NCBI GenBank assembly: GCA_964252075.1
Contig: CAXULY010000002.1
Span: 96,001-160,000 of the forward strand
Source of the DNA: an uncultured Deinococcaceae bacterium
GTDB lineage: Bacteria > Deinococcota > Deinococci > Deinococcales > Deinococcaceae
Reading direction: 5' to 3'
Length of the DNA stretch: 64,000 nucleotides
In this document: in pieces, positions 18,606 through 29,093 of the stretch
Layout: every line of letters begins with the position of its first letter
How positions within the stretch are numbered: position 1 is the stretch's first letter
Program-made: the position numbers and the translations under genes
Notes under the pieces: generated by a model
Told to the model about the DNA's origin: nothing
The model's database searches: none
Seen by the model: the letters and a program-made list of their open reading frames with translations, nothing else

Positions 18606-19841
18606 CTAGAATTTCGCGGTGTACCGCGTGAAGTCCCAGTTGTTCTGCGCGACGCCGCTGCAGCTCGCGGAGAGCTGGTCGGCGTTGTTCGGGCAGGCGC
18701 GGTCGCGCCCGACGGACCAGAAGGTGTACCGCCCGAGGCTCTTGCTGTGCGCGTAATCCAGCACCGCCTGGAAGTCCGCGGGGTAGAAGTGCTCGGCGGT
18801 GTCCGTGCGGCCGTTCATCATGGAGACGCCCTCGTGGCGGTACGCGGTGGCGGCGTCCCACCCGAAGGTGTTCATCAGGAGCGTGTGGAACTGCTCGAGC
18901 GCCGCGATCTGGCTGCTCGCGCCGTTGAAGCCCCCGTCGAACGGCATGATGGAGAAGTTCGCGTTTGTCACGCCGAGTCGCTTCGCGGTGTTCAGGACGT
19001 TCTGCCCGAAGTACCCGGTGCCGCTCTGCGTGCCGGGCATCGTGACGGACACGTACAGTCCGGGGTTGTTGCGCTGGAGGATGGCGATGGCGCCGACCTC
19101 GTTGTTGATGGCGGTGAGGTTCTCGTACTCGGGTTCCTCAAGGTCGAAATCCATCGCCTTGATGTTGTAGGTGGTGATGACCTGCTGGTACGCGGCGGCG
19201 GTCGCGGCGGCGTCCGCGCAGACCTGACCGAGTTTCGTGCCGCCGTACCCGCCGATGGACACGCTGACGTCTCCGCCGTTGCGGCGGACGGTGTCCATGA
19301 TGGGCCACATGATGGTGTCGGTGTTCAGGGCGCGCGTGCCGTCCCAGGTGGGTGTGCAGCCCCCGCCGTTCGGCGCGAGGATGAACGCCAGCATGAAGGT
19401 CTTCTGCCCGGTCGCGGCCATCACCTGCCCGATGTCCGGCGTGCTCTCCCCCGGCAGCACGTACGGTGCCGTCCAGTACTTCAGCCCGGTGGCGGGCGGT
19501 GGTGTGGGCGTTGGAGTCGGTGTGGGTGTCGGTGTGGGTGTCGGTGTGGGGCTGGTGCAGCTGGTGGTGATGGTCCAGGGCTGGCCGCTGCCGGCCCCGC
19601 CGTTGTGGGTGGAGGGGGTGTCGCCCTGGGTCCAGTAGTTGGCGCGGTAGGTGGTGTTGCTGTAGGTGACGGTGTCACCCTGGACGTAGACGGAGGTGGC
19701 GCTCCAGGGTTGGCACGTGACCGCCTGCGTGGTGACGGTGCTGTGGTTGGGGGTGGCGCTCTGTTCCGCGCACGCGGCGAGCAGGAGGGCGGGGAGGAGG
19801 GCGAGGGTGGCGGTGTGGAGGGTGGAACGCTGGCTGAACAT
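18606..19841 (-). CDS. GH18 chitinase lipoprotein with CBM5/12 and PT linker
   Basis: Lipobox LAAC, WSATSVYVQGDTVTY...ANYWTQG CBM, SIGGYGG, MDFDLEE (DxDxE). Confidence 0.9.
   Translation of the reverse strand: MFSQRSTLHTATLALLPALLLAACAEQSATPNHSTVTTQAVTCQPWSATSVYVQGDTVTYSNTTYRANYWTQGDTPSTHNGGAGSGQPWTITTSCTSPTPTPTPTPTPTPTPTPPPATGLKYWTAPYVLPGESTPDIGQVMAATGQKTFMLAFILAPNGGGCTPTWDGTRALNTDTIMWPIMDTVRRNGGDVSVSIGGYGGTKLGQVCADAAATAAAYQQVITTYNIKAMDFDLEEPEYENLTAINNEVGAIAILQRNNPGLYVSVTMPGTQSGTGYFGQNVLNTAKRLGVTNANFSIMPFDGGFNGASSQIAALEQFHTLLMNTFGWDAATAYRHEGVSMMNGRTDTAEHFYPADFQAVLDYAHSKSLGRYTFWSVGRDRACPNNADQLSASCSGVAQNNWDFTRYTAKF
19551..19796 (-). repeat. 246-bp inverted repeat, copy 1
   Basis: Two mismatches to 20486-20731 by manual comparison. 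Confidence 0.9.
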
Positions 19842-19924
19842 GACGGCCTCCTGTGCTGGCGTGCTGCCCGAGGTGACGTGCCGATTCCGGTGCCGTGCTT
19901 CTGCTGGTGTGTTTGGACACGGCT

Positions 19925-20363
19925 ACAAAAACATTTTTCAATGGTGGTTGTCGATCTGAAACTGCTTTTCTGTCTAGACATTCTGACAGCAGTTACCGCT
20001 CGTTGAGTTTGGAGAACTTTGGAATTTGCTGTGCTGGCGGCGCTACAGAACGTATTCCGATTCCCTGTGGCGGCGCGTAGGGTTGCCATCGGTGAAAATA
20101 ATTCTCTACAGCGCTGAGTTCGACTCGGTAGATACGTTCATCCCTTATCCTCGCCGATAGCTGTTTGAAATAAGTTTTGGTCTTTGCGGGTCTGTCTATA
20201 GGTGCAGTCTGACACACGGTTTTTCGACCACCCGCTTGCAACGACGTGCTTTTCACTCCCTTGCACTGCAATGGTCTTGACGCCAGTCCAGATCATTGCA
20301 GCGCTCGTCTAGACAGGGAATGATTTTCAGCATATCAATTCAATCCGAAAAATGTTTTTGTGA
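19925..20363. promoter_or_regulatory. Divergent chitinase control region with mirrored motifs
   Basis: ACAAAAACATTTTTC and CTGTCTAGAC occur in mirror orientation in front of each gene. Confidence 0.65.
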
Positions 20364-20446
20364 TGTCGTTCTGCAGAACACAACCGAAGGGGCGCCCACG
20401 CCCGGCCTCTCCCGTACCTTCTTCCCACAGCCGCACAGGAGAACCC

Positions 20447-21718
20447 ATGCCCGCAACGCACACCCGCTCCCTGCTCCCCCTGCTGCTCCCCGCCCTCCTG
20501 CTCGGCGCGTGCGCGGAACAGAGCGCCACCCCCAACCACAGCACCATCACCACGCAGGCGGTCACGTGCCAACCCTGGAGCGCCACCTCCGTCTACGTCC
20601 AGGGTGACACCGTCACCTACAGCAACACCACCTACCGCGCCAACTACTGGACCCAGGGCGACACCCCCTCCACCCACAACGGCGGGGCCGGCAGCGGCCA
20701 GCCCTGGACCATCACCACCAGCTGCACCAGCACCACACCGACGCCCACACCCACACCGACCCCCACGCCTACCCCGACACCCACACCACCGCCCACCGGC
20801 CTGGTGTTCGGGCCGTACAAGGACGTGACGGTCAACATGGACTGGAACACCAACGTGATGTCCACCCTCGTGACGGGCTCGCGCCAGAGCGTGCTGAACG
20901 TCCTCCCCAGCCGCGCGCGCACCGTCACGTGGTCCTTCGCGACCGGTGAGTGCGGCAGCGAAAACTGGGGCGGCATCCAGGGACAGGCCCTCGCGAACGC
21001 GAACGTGCAGGCCTTCGTGAACGCCGGGAGGACCTACATCCTCTCCACGGGCGGCGCGGCGGGCAGCTTCACGTGCGGCAGCGACGCGGGCTTCAGGACC
21101 TTCATCCAGCGGTACAACTCCGCGAACCTCCTCGGCGTGGACTTCGACATCGAGGGCGGGCAATCCGCGGACGTCATCAACAACCTCGTGCAACGCGTGA
21201 AGGCCGCGCAAGTCAGCTTCCCGAAGCTGCGCTTCAGCTTCACCATCGCCACGTTGGGCGGCAACGCCCCGCAGAGCCTCGGCGCGGTGGGCGTCACCAC
21301 CATGCAGGCCATCAAGAACGCCGGACTGCAGAACGCCATCATCAACCTGATGGTCATGGATTACGGCAGCACCAACGCGGGCAACTGCACCCTGAACGCC
21401 AGCGGCCGCTGCGACATGGGGCGCTCCGCCATTCAGGCCGCCACGAACCTGCACAACACCTACGGCGTGCCGTACAACCGCATTGAACTGACACCCATGA
21501 TCGGCGGGAACGACACGCAGGATGAGGTGTTCACCCTGAACGACGTGACGACCGTCGCGCAGTTCGCGCTGCAGAACAGCCTCGCGGGCGTGCATTACTG
21601 GTCGCTCGACCGGGACGTGGACTGCGCGGCCGGCTACGCCTCCCCCACCTGCAATTCGTACGGCCAGGCGGGCACCTGGGGCTTCACCAACCGCTTCATC
21701 ACGGACCTCGGACTGTAA
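20447..21718 (+). CDS. GH18 chitinase-like lipoprotein with CBM5/12 and PT linker
   Basis: Lipobox LGAC, same CBM, STGGAAG, GVDFDIEG (DxDxE), NLMVMDYG; AGGAG RBS. Confidence 0.9.
   Translation: MPATHTRSLLPLLLPALLLGACAEQSATPNHSTITTQAVTCQPWSATSVYVQGDTVTYSNTTYRANYWTQGDTPSTHNGGAGSGQPWTITTSCTSTTPTPTPTPTPTPTPTPTPPPTGLVFGPYKDVTVNMDWNTNVMSTLVTGSRQSVLNVLPSRARTVTWSFATGECGSENWGGIQGQALANANVQAFVNAGRTYILSTGGAAGSFTCGSDAGFRTFIQRYNSANLLGVDFDIEGGQSADVINNLVQRVKAAQVSFPKLRFSFTIATLGGNAPQSLGAVGVTTMQAIKNAGLQNAIINLMVMDYGSTNAGNCTLNASGRCDMGRSAIQAATNLHNTYGVPYNRIELTPMIGGNDTQDEVFTLNDVTTVAQFALQNSLAGVHYWSLDRDVDCAAGYASPTCNSYGQAGTWGFTNRFITDLGL
20486..20731 (+). repeat. 246-bp inverted repeat, copy 2
   Basis: See copy 1. Confidence 0.9.
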
Positions 21719-22280
21719 AGCGCCAGGACTGCCGCTGGGCCGAGGGGGTGCGCCGTGCGGGGAGGCGCCGCGCGCAGCATCCACCCGGATCAGCCGAACG
21801 GCAACCAGAACCGCACGCCCCAGCACCCAGCGCATCACACCACCGGACGAGGCACCCCAACCAGGGTGCCTCCCTGGATTTGAGTCCTGAATCAGGTGCT
21901 CGCCTATGGGCCGATGTGGCGCAACGACCTGAACACGCGAGTTAACCTGCACCCCTAACTGAATGGCCGACCGATGAGACGCGCCCGGAGTGAAAAACCA
22001 CCGGGCTCGCACCTACTTCCTTAGGAATCGCTGCCCGATAAGCGGGAAGAGAGACGCACCGCACCACCTAGGCGGGTGGCGGGGACGAACACTGCTCCCT
22101 CCCCTGCTTGGTATACGTCACCACCGCCCAGGATCGCGAAGCGAAGTATTTCGCGGCGGTGCATGAAATCAAGTGAGAGGATGGACGGGAAGTTTTCCCT
22201 TCCCCCGCTTCGAGCCGCGCCTGAAGCGGCTCTGCATCCATTCAGCTCCTTCATCTCTGCGCCGCTGCACCCTCCCTGCG

Positions 22281-23549
22281 ATGCTGATCAATGCCAATCC
22301 GCCGAGTTCCTCCCGTTCCCGTCAGGCTTTCGGGCGTCGCCAGTGGCGCCACCTCATGGTCGCCCTGGATGTCCTGATGGCCCTGCTGGCCTGCAGTGCC
22401 GCCACCGCCCTCCTCGCGCCTCACCCCCTCAGCACCTTCGCCGCCACGTGGTTCGCCGCCGCGCTCGCCGCGTGGGGCCTCACCCGCTCACCCGACACGC
22501 TGCTCGTGGTGGACCTGTACAGCCGCGCGGTCCTGGCGCCCCTGATCGCCACGGCCCTCGCGCTGCTGATCGCCTGCGCGCTGCGCACCCCGTACTCACT
22601 GCATTTCGTGCTGTGGGCGGGCGTCATCTGGTCCGCCGGCCTGCTCGGCGTGCGCGCCGTGATGCGGCGCTGCGGCCCACGCGTGCGCGTGGGCCTGCTG
22701 GGCTGCGCGCCCGGCCCGATGAGCCCAAGCGTGCGGCTGCAGTACGTGTCGGTGCTCCCCGAGACCTTCGACGCGGGCGCCCTGGACCTCTTGGTCATCG
22801 ACGCGCAGGACAGCCTGAGTGAGGCGGTGCGCCCCCTCGTGACACACAGCCGCCTCGTGAACCTGCCCGTGCTGTTCACCGCGCAGCTCGACGAGGAACT
22901 GACGGGCCGCGTGAGCACCGAGTTCCTGTACGGTCAGCACCTCCAGCCGCTGCAGCTGCAGTTCGATTACCTCCCAGTGAAGCGCGCCTTCGACCTGCTG
23001 GGCAGCGTGCTGCTGCTGCCCCTCCTGCTGCCCCTGCTGCTGATCGTCGCGGCGCTCGTGCTGCTGGACGGCGGCGGCCCCGTGCTGTTCTGGCAGCAGC
23101 GGGTGGGGCAGCACGGGCGGCCGTTCCGCCTCGTGAAGTTCAGGACCATGCGCGTGGACAGCGAACGGCTCGGGTCGGCCTTCGCGCAGGTGGGCGACCC
23201 GCGCGTCACGCGGCTGGGTCACGTCCTGCGGCGCTTCCGGCTGGATGAACTGCCGCAGTTCTACAACATTCTTCGAGGTGAAATGAGCCTCATCGGGCCG
23301 CGCCCCGAGCAGCTGAGTTTCGCCGCCGATTTCGTGCGCGACATCCCGCTGTACGACCTGCGGCACTGGGTGAAGCCAGGCCTCACGGGATGGGCGCAGG
23401 TGCGCCAGGGGTACACCGCGAGCGCCGACGAAACCATGGTGAAGTTGCGGTACGACGTGTTTTACGTGAAGCACTTCTCGCCGTGGCTGGACCTGCGCAT
23501 CCTGATGCGCACGGCCCTGATCGTCTGCTCCGGCTTCGGCGCGCGCTGA
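22281..23549 (+). CDS. Priming (polyprenyl-phosphate) sugar transferase, copy 1
   Basis: KRAFD, KFRTM, RLDELPQFYN, GEMSLIGPRPE, KPGLTGWAQV. Confidence 0.9.
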   Translation: MLINANPPSSSRSRQAFGRRQWRHLMVALDVLMALLACSAATALLAPHPLSTFAATWFAAALAAWGLTRSPDTLLVVDLYSRAVLAPLIATALALLIACALRTPYSLHFVLWAGVIWSAGLLGVRAVMRRCGPRVRVGLLGCAPGPMSPSVRLQYVSVLPETFDAGALDLLVIDAQDSLSEAVRPLVTHSRLVNLPVLFTAQLDEELTGRVSTEFLYGQHLQPLQLQFDYLPVKRAFDLLGSVLLLPLLLPLLLIVAALVLLDGGGPVLFWQQRVGQHGRPFRLVKFRTMRVDSERLGSAFAQVGDPRVTRLGHVLRRFRLDELPQFYNILRGEMSLIGPRPEQLSFAADFVRDIPLYDLRHWVKPGLTGWAQVRQGYTASADETMVKLRYDVFYVKHFSPWLDLRILMRTALIVCSGFGAR

Positions 23550-24176
23550 CCCGCGAGGGCGCGCCGGGCGCCCGGTACAGGGGGCGGTGCCCACGCAGAC
23601 GAATGGTGCGCCTTCACATCCGCAGGCGGCCGCCTTGGAAACTCGCCCGGTGCGTCCACACCCGATTGCGCGGCGTCCTGGCCCGCGCAATCGGGTGTTG
23701 GGTTTGTCGCCGGATTAGAAGTCAAGGATGAGCCAACGACGCAATACGGCCACCACGAGCGCGACGCGGACGCCCAAGATGACTTCACGCGGCTCAGCCT
23801 GCCCTGTGCCTGGAAGCCCTCAGCGCGCGTGGGACAGCAGGCTCCAGCACCTCATGAGCGACACACCGGAGGTGGTTGCGGCGCCTATGGCGATGGGAAA
23901 CGCCCCGTATCAACCGTTGATTGGCGCATGGGATGCGACACGCCTGCTGCACGGTCTGGCTGATCGTGGAGCATGGGCGCCTGTCCCTATGGACGGCGTC
24001 TGGAGGGTTCAGTGACATGCTGCGCAGCAGTTGGGACGAACCGGGCAGCAACTCCAACCCGGTTCGTCCCACGTGTGCGCGCGCCGCTCGGCGCCGTGCC
24101 GTTGGCTGTTCGTGTGGTTTCGCACCGGCCCTGGGCGGCGTTGGTCAGCGCGTGGCCGGGCGGGGGCGGTGGGTGA

Positions 24177-24635
24177 TCAGGCGCCGGTGGGCGTGACGGG
24201 CTTCTGCGCGATGTCCACGGCGGCGTTCGCTGCGGCGGGATTGCTGATGAAGTTGCTGAGGGTCGCTTCGTTGTTCACGGCGAGGGTCGGGTTGTTCCGC
24301 ACGAGGGCGACCGCCTGCGCTTCCGTGACGGTGCGGCCCGTGACGGATTCCAGGACGGCGCGCGTGGCGAGCACCGGGGAGACCGGCGTGTTGATCTTCG
24401 CGCGCAGTTGCAGCAGCACCGTGAGGGTGATGCGCAGGTCCCGGGCGAGGGCCGTGAGGCGCGCGACGTTCGTGCCGCGCAGGACGCTGGGGTCAACGTT
24501 GATGCCGCGCGCGCTGGCGAGCGCGCGGATCACCTCGGTGCCGGTGAGGGTGGTGGCCGCCGGTTTGCCCTGGGCGACCGCGCTGGTCAGCAGCGCGGCA
24601 CCCAGCACGGCGAAGGCCTTGTTCTTCATGTGCAT
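24177..24635 (-). CDS. Small secreted protein ending VTPTGA, paralog A
   Basis: Signal peptide ending AVA-Q, GGAGGAGG RBS, clear paralog of 38206-38649. Confidence 0.85.
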   Translation of the reverse strand: MHMKNKAFAVLGAALLTSAVAQGKPAATTLTGTEVIRALASARGINVDPSVLRGTNVARLTALARDLRITLTVLLQLRAKINTPVSPVLATRAVLESVTGRTVTEAQAVALVRNNPTLAVNNEATLSNFISNPAAANAAVDIAQKPVTPTGA

Positions 24636-24783
24636 GTCAGTGTGCCTCCTCCAGCATGGTAGGGGGCATCACCATGTGCGCGTCTGTGCAAAAACTCAGC
24701 GCCTTCTCGAGAAGCTGAGGGGTTTTCGTGATTTCGGCGGTGGAAGGCGCACAGAGGCTTGGTGAAGTGTGCGGATTCCGCCG

Positions 24784-25188
24784 TTACGGTTCCGGGGAGC
24801 GCTGGTGCGCGCGGTCCTGGACCTGCAGGAGTTCCAGCGTGGTGCGCGCGGCGGGCAGGAGGGCGGCGCACTGCTCGGCCGTGAGGCGCGCGAGGTCCAG
24901 GCGGTCCGCCTGCTTCTTGAAGGTGACGAGCAGGAGGTACTCCGCGCGGTCGCGCGTGAGGGGCCGCAGGCGCAACTCCTTCGTCGGGAACTGCGGGGCG
25001 CCGTCCACGGCGGCGTAGGTGTGCCCGGAACTTGTGGTGATGGTCGTGGCGTCCCGGCGGGCGACGCGGTTGATCTTCCAGGGGCGCCCCCGCCGCTCGA
25101 CGCACACGAGGCCCCCGACGTGCAGCCCCGCCACGTCCTCCAGGTGGTTCAGCACGTCGAGGATGTTGATGGCGTCGTCCCTCGACAT
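24784..25188 (-). CDS. Hypothetical protein (134 aa)
   Basis: Host-like codon bias; no recognised motif. Confidence 0.65.
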   Translation of the reverse strand: MSRDDAINILDVLNHLEDVAGLHVGGLVCVERRGRPWKINRVARRDATTITTSSGHTYAAVDGAPQFPTKELRLRPLTRDRAEYLLLVTFKKQADRLDLARLTAEQCAALLPAARTTLELLQVQDRAHQRSPEP

Positions 25189-25541
25189 GCCCCCGACTGT
25201 AAAGCATGTGTTTCGCGGGGCAACGTGAACAATCGGACGGTGTTCTGAGCGCGTGCGCTAGTCCAAATGAGGGTCGAACCATAAGAAGCTTGAGGAGCTG
25301 AATCGTTTCACGGGCTCAGGCTTTTCACCCTATTACGGCCTGATCCGAGAGCGTGTGGGCGGGCGTTGTGCGCGTTTGTGAAGCTCCTGGCGCGCGCGCG
25401 GTGAATTCGCGGGGTTTTTCGCAGCGCGTTTTTTGGGGCGCTGCCATACTGCCCATGTCCTTCATCCGAGCTAAAGCGCGCGCTCATCTTCTGTTCGTTC
25501 TCCTTCTCCCGCGACCCGCTTTCCACCCCAGTTGAGGACCC

Positions 25542-26807
25542 ATGACTGAAATCCCTTTTGTTCCCGTTCGCGATGCGTTCTGGCCGTCCTCGCAGCGCCA
25601 GTCGCGGCACGCGCTGCTCGCGCTGGACACCGCCATGGCGGGCGTCTCCGCCTGGGGCGCGCTCGCCGCGCTGGGCCAGCCCGCCCTTCACGCCTTCGCC
25701 GCCACGTGGTTCGCGGCGGCGCTCGCCGCGTGGGGCCTCACCCGCGTCCGCGAGTCGCTGTTCGACCTGGACGCCTACAGCCGCGCGCTGCTCGCGCCGC
25801 TCCTCACGGTGGCGCTGACGCTGCTGCTCGCGGCCGTCATGCGCACCCCGTACTCCCTGCACTTCGAGCTGCTGGCGGGCGGCATGTGGACGGCGGGCCT
25901 GCTGATCACGCGCGTCACGCTGCGCCGCATGGGGCCGCGCGTGCGCGTCGGGATGCTGAACTGCACCTCCAGAACCCTGAACGCCAGCGGGCGCGTGCAG
26001 GCCTTCCCCGTGACCGCCGAGACCTTCGACGCGGGCGCGCTGGACGTGCTGGCGCTCGCCGCGAACGACCCGCTGGACGGCGACGCGCGCCCGCTCGTCG
26101 CGCACTGCGCGCTGGTGAATATCCCGGTGCGCCTCACGGCGGAACTGGAGGAGGAACTCACCGGGAAGGTCAGCACGGAGTTCCTGCACGGGCAGCACCT
26201 AGAGCCGCTGCGCCTGACCTTCGACTACCTGCCCCTCAAGCGCGCGCTGGACCTGCTCGTGACGCTGCTGCTGCTGCCCGCGCTGCTGCCCGTGCTGCTC
26301 GTGACGGCGCTGCTGGTGCTGCTGGATGTCGGCGCGCCCGTGCTGTTCTGGCAGACGCGCGCGGGGCAGCACGGGCGGCCGTTTCGCCTCGTGAAGTTCA
26401 GGACCATGCGCGCGGACAGCGAGCGCGCCGGCGCGGCCTTCGCGCAGACCGGCGACCCGCGCGTGAGCCGCCTGGGGCGCGTGCTGCGCACCTTCCGGCT
26501 GGATGAACTGCCGCAGTTCTACAACATTGCGCGGGGCGAGATGAGCCTCATCGGGCCGCGCCCCGAGCAGCTGGGCTTCGCGCAGGATTTCGAGCGCGAC
26601 ATCCCCCTGTACGGCCTGCGGCACTGGGTCAAGCCCGGCCTGACCGGCTGGGCGCAGGTGCGTCACGGGTACGCCGCCGGGACCGCCGAAACCATGGTGA
26701 AGCTCCGCTACGACGTGTACTACGTGAAGCACCTGAGCCTGTGGCTGGACCTGCGCATCCTCATCCGCACCGCCCTCACCGTCCTGACCGGATTTGGCGC
26801 GCGCTGA
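25542..26807 (+). CDS. Priming sugar transferase, copy 2
   Basis: Same motifs as copy 1; first gene of the polysaccharide operon. Confidence 0.9.
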   Translation: MTEIPFVPVRDAFWPSSQRQSRHALLALDTAMAGVSAWGALAALGQPALHAFAATWFAAALAAWGLTRVRESLFDLDAYSRALLAPLLTVALTLLLAAVMRTPYSLHFELLAGGMWTAGLLITRVTLRRMGPRVRVGMLNCTSRTLNASGRVQAFPVTAETFDAGALDVLALAANDPLDGDARPLVAHCALVNIPVRLTAELEEELTGKVSTEFLHGQHLEPLRLTFDYLPLKRALDLLVTLLLLPALLPVLLVTALLVLLDVGAPVLFWQTRAGQHGRPFRLVKFRTMRADSERAGAAFAQTGDPRVSRLGRVLRTFRLDELPQFYNIARGEMSLIGPRPEQLGFAQDFERDIPLYGLRHWVKPGLTGWAQVRHGYAAGTAETMVKLRYDVYYVKHLSLWLDLRILIRTALTVLTGFGAR

Positions 26808-26829
26808 CGCCGCGCCAGAGGAGAACACC

Positions 26830-28152
26830 ATGACCAGCACCGCAACCGATCAGGTCACGCACCTGACCCACCTCATTCACTCCCGGGGCGCCCGCATCGG
26901 CGTGGTCGGCCTCGGGTACGTCGGCCTGCCCTTCCTGGTGGAGAAAGCCAAGGTGGGCTTTCACGTCACGGGCCTGGACCGCAACCCGGAGCGCGCGCGC
27001 CGCGTGCGCGCGGGCGAGAACTACATCAAGGACGTCCGCGACGACGAGTTGCAGGCGGTCGTCGCGCAGGGCCTCGTGGACGCCACGGACGACTTCACGG
27101 TGCTCGCGCAGCTGGACATCATCGTGATCTGCGTGCCCACGCCCCTCGACCGCAACCTCAGCCCGGACCTCAGCCACGTGCGGCACGTCACGGAGCAGAT
27201 CGCCACGCACCTGCGCCCCGGGCAGCTGATCAGCCTGGAGAGCACCACGTACCCCGGCACCACCGAGGACGTCATGAAGCCCATCCTGGAGTCCAGCGGC
27301 CTGAAGGCCGGGCGTGACTTCTTCCTGGCGCACTCCCCGGAGCGCGTGGACCCCGGCAACCAGCGCTACACCACCAAGAACACCAACAAGGTGGTGGGCG
27401 CGAACGACCCGCGCAGCCTCGCGGTGGCGGAGGTCTTCTACCAGCAGGCGATCGAGACGGTCGTGACGGTCAGCAGCGCGACCGCCGCGGAGATGGTGAA
27501 GGTCTTCGAGAACACCTTCCGCGCCGTGAACATCGCGCTCGTGAACGAGCTTACGCTGCTGTGCGACCGCATGGAGCTCAGCGTGTGGGAGGTGCTGGAC
27601 GCCGCGTTCACGAAACCCTTCGGCATCATGCCCTTCTACCCGGGGCCGGGCGTGGGCGGGCACTGCATTCCGCTCGACCCGCACTACCTGGAGTGGAAGG
27701 CGCGCGAGTACAACTTCCAGACGCACTTCATCGCGCTGGCGGGCGAAACGAACCGCCGCATGCCGGAGTTCGTGGTGGAGAAGGCCGCGCGCGTCCTGAA
27801 CGGGCAGCGCAAGGCGCTGAACGGCAGCCGGGTGCTGCTGCTCGGCATGGCGTACAAGGCGAACCTCGACGATTACCGCGAGTCGCCTGCGCTAGAGGTG
27901 CACCGCCTGCTCGCCGCGGCGGGCGCCGACGTGCGCTTCCACGACACGTGGACGCCGCAGGTGCGCACGCCGGACGTCACGGCGGACAGCGTGCCCCTCA
28001 CGGACGAGGCGCTGCGCGACGCGGACCTCGTGATCATCACGACCGCGCACGGCGACGTGGATTACCGCTGGGTGGTGGACGGCGCGCAGGCCGTGCTGGA
28101 CACCCGGTACGCCACGAAGCACATCCAGAGTGAGAAGGTGACGCTGCTGTGA
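26830..28152 (+). CDS. wbpA: UDP-GlcNAc 6-dehydrogenase (WbpA-like)
   Basis: GLGYVGLP, ICVPTP, ESTTYPGTT, SPERVDPGN, GVGGHCIP. Confidence 0.85.
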   Translation: MTSTATDQVTHLTHLIHSRGARIGVVGLGYVGLPFLVEKAKVGFHVTGLDRNPERARRVRAGENYIKDVRDDELQAVVAQGLVDATDDFTVLAQLDIIVICVPTPLDRNLSPDLSHVRHVTEQIATHLRPGQLISLESTTYPGTTEDVMKPILESSGLKAGRDFFLAHSPERVDPGNQRYTTKNTNKVVGANDPRSLAVAEVFYQQAIETVVTVSSATAAEMVKVFENTFRAVNIALVNELTLLCDRMELSVWEVLDAAFTKPFGIMPFYPGPGVGGHCIPLDPHYLEWKAREYNFQTHFIALAGETNRRMPEFVVEKAARVLNGQRKALNGSRVLLLGMAYKANLDDYRESPALEVHRLLAAAGADVRFHDTWTPQVRTPDVTADSVPLTDEALRDADLVIITTAHGDVDYRWVVDGAQAVLDTRYATKHIQSEKVTLL

Positions 28153-29093
28153 AGCGCTTCGCCCTGATCGGCGCGGCGGGCTACATCGCGCCGCGGCACC
28201 TGAAGGCCATCCGGGACGTCGGCTGGGACCTCGTCGCGGCCCTCGACCCCTTCGATTCGGTGGGCGTCATGGACGCGCACTTCCCGCAGGCGGAGTTCTT
28301 CACGCAACCCGAGGTGTTCGAGCGGCACCTGCACGCGCTGCGCCGCGCGAGCGCGGGCGTGGACGTGGTGAGCATCTGCAGCCCGAACCACCTGCACGAC
28401 GCACACATCCGCATGGCGTTGCGCGCGGGCGCGGACGCGCTGTGCGAGAAGCCCCTCGTGCTGGACCCGCAGGACATCCACGACCTGAAGGCCATCGAGC
28501 GGGAGACGGGCGGGCGCGTCTGGACGGTGCTGCAACTGCGCACGCACCCCGCGTTGCTGGCCCTCAGGGACGCGCTGGATGACCGCGTGCACGACGTGGA
28601 CCTCACGTACGTCACGGGCCGCGGGCGCTGGTACCAGCAGAGCTGGAAGGGCCGCGAGGACCTCAGCGGCGGCCTCGCGAGCAACATCGGCGTGCACTTC
28701 TTCGACCTGCTCGGCTGGCTGTTCGGCGCGGTGCTGGACCTGGAGGTGCACGAGCGCAGCAGCACCGCCTGTGCGGGCACGCTGGTGCTGGAGCGCGCGC
28801 GCGTGCGGTGGTTCCTGTCCATCGACGCGGACTTCGTGCCGCCCGCCCTCGCCGCGCGTGGGCAGCGCACGTACCGCTCCATCACGGTGGACGGGCGGGA
28901 GGTGGAGTTCAGCGAGGGCTTCACGGACCTGCACGGCGCGGTGTACGCGCGCACGCTGGACGGGCGGGGCTTCGGTCTGGACGACGCCCTGCAGGCGATC
29001 GAGACGGTCTCGCGCATCCGGCGCGCGCCACTTGCCGCCGCGCGCGAGGGCGCGCACCCCTTCCTGAGCCGCGCGGAGCTGCAGGGCGTCTGA
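28149..29093 (+). CDS. wbpB: UDP-GlcNAcA 3-dehydrogenase (Gfo/Idh/MocA, WbpB-like)
   Basis: [41 protein letters not shown]. Confidence 0.9.
   Translation: MKRFALIGAAGYIAPRHLKAIRDVGWDLVAALDPFDSVGVMDAHFPQAEFFTQPEVFERHLHALRRASAGVDVVSICSPNHLHDAHIRMALRAGADALCEKPLVLDPQDIHDLKAIERETGGRVWTVLQLRTHPALLALRDALDDRVHDVDLTYVTGRGRWYQQSWKGREDLSGGLASNIGVHFFDLLGWLFGAVLDLEVHERSSTACAGTLVLERARVRWFLSIDADFVPPALAARGQRTYRSITVDGREVEFSEGFTDLHGAVYARTLDGRGFGLDDALQAIETVSRIRRAPLAAAREGAHPFLSRAELQGV

Noticed and set aside
19500..19550. GGTGTG-type short tandem repeats (also ~20735-20790)
   Set aside because: Encode Pro-Thr linkers of the chitinases
23550..24170. ORFs 23728-24015 and 23794-24072
   Set aside because: No motif, weak codon bias, conflicting frames; left as intergenic
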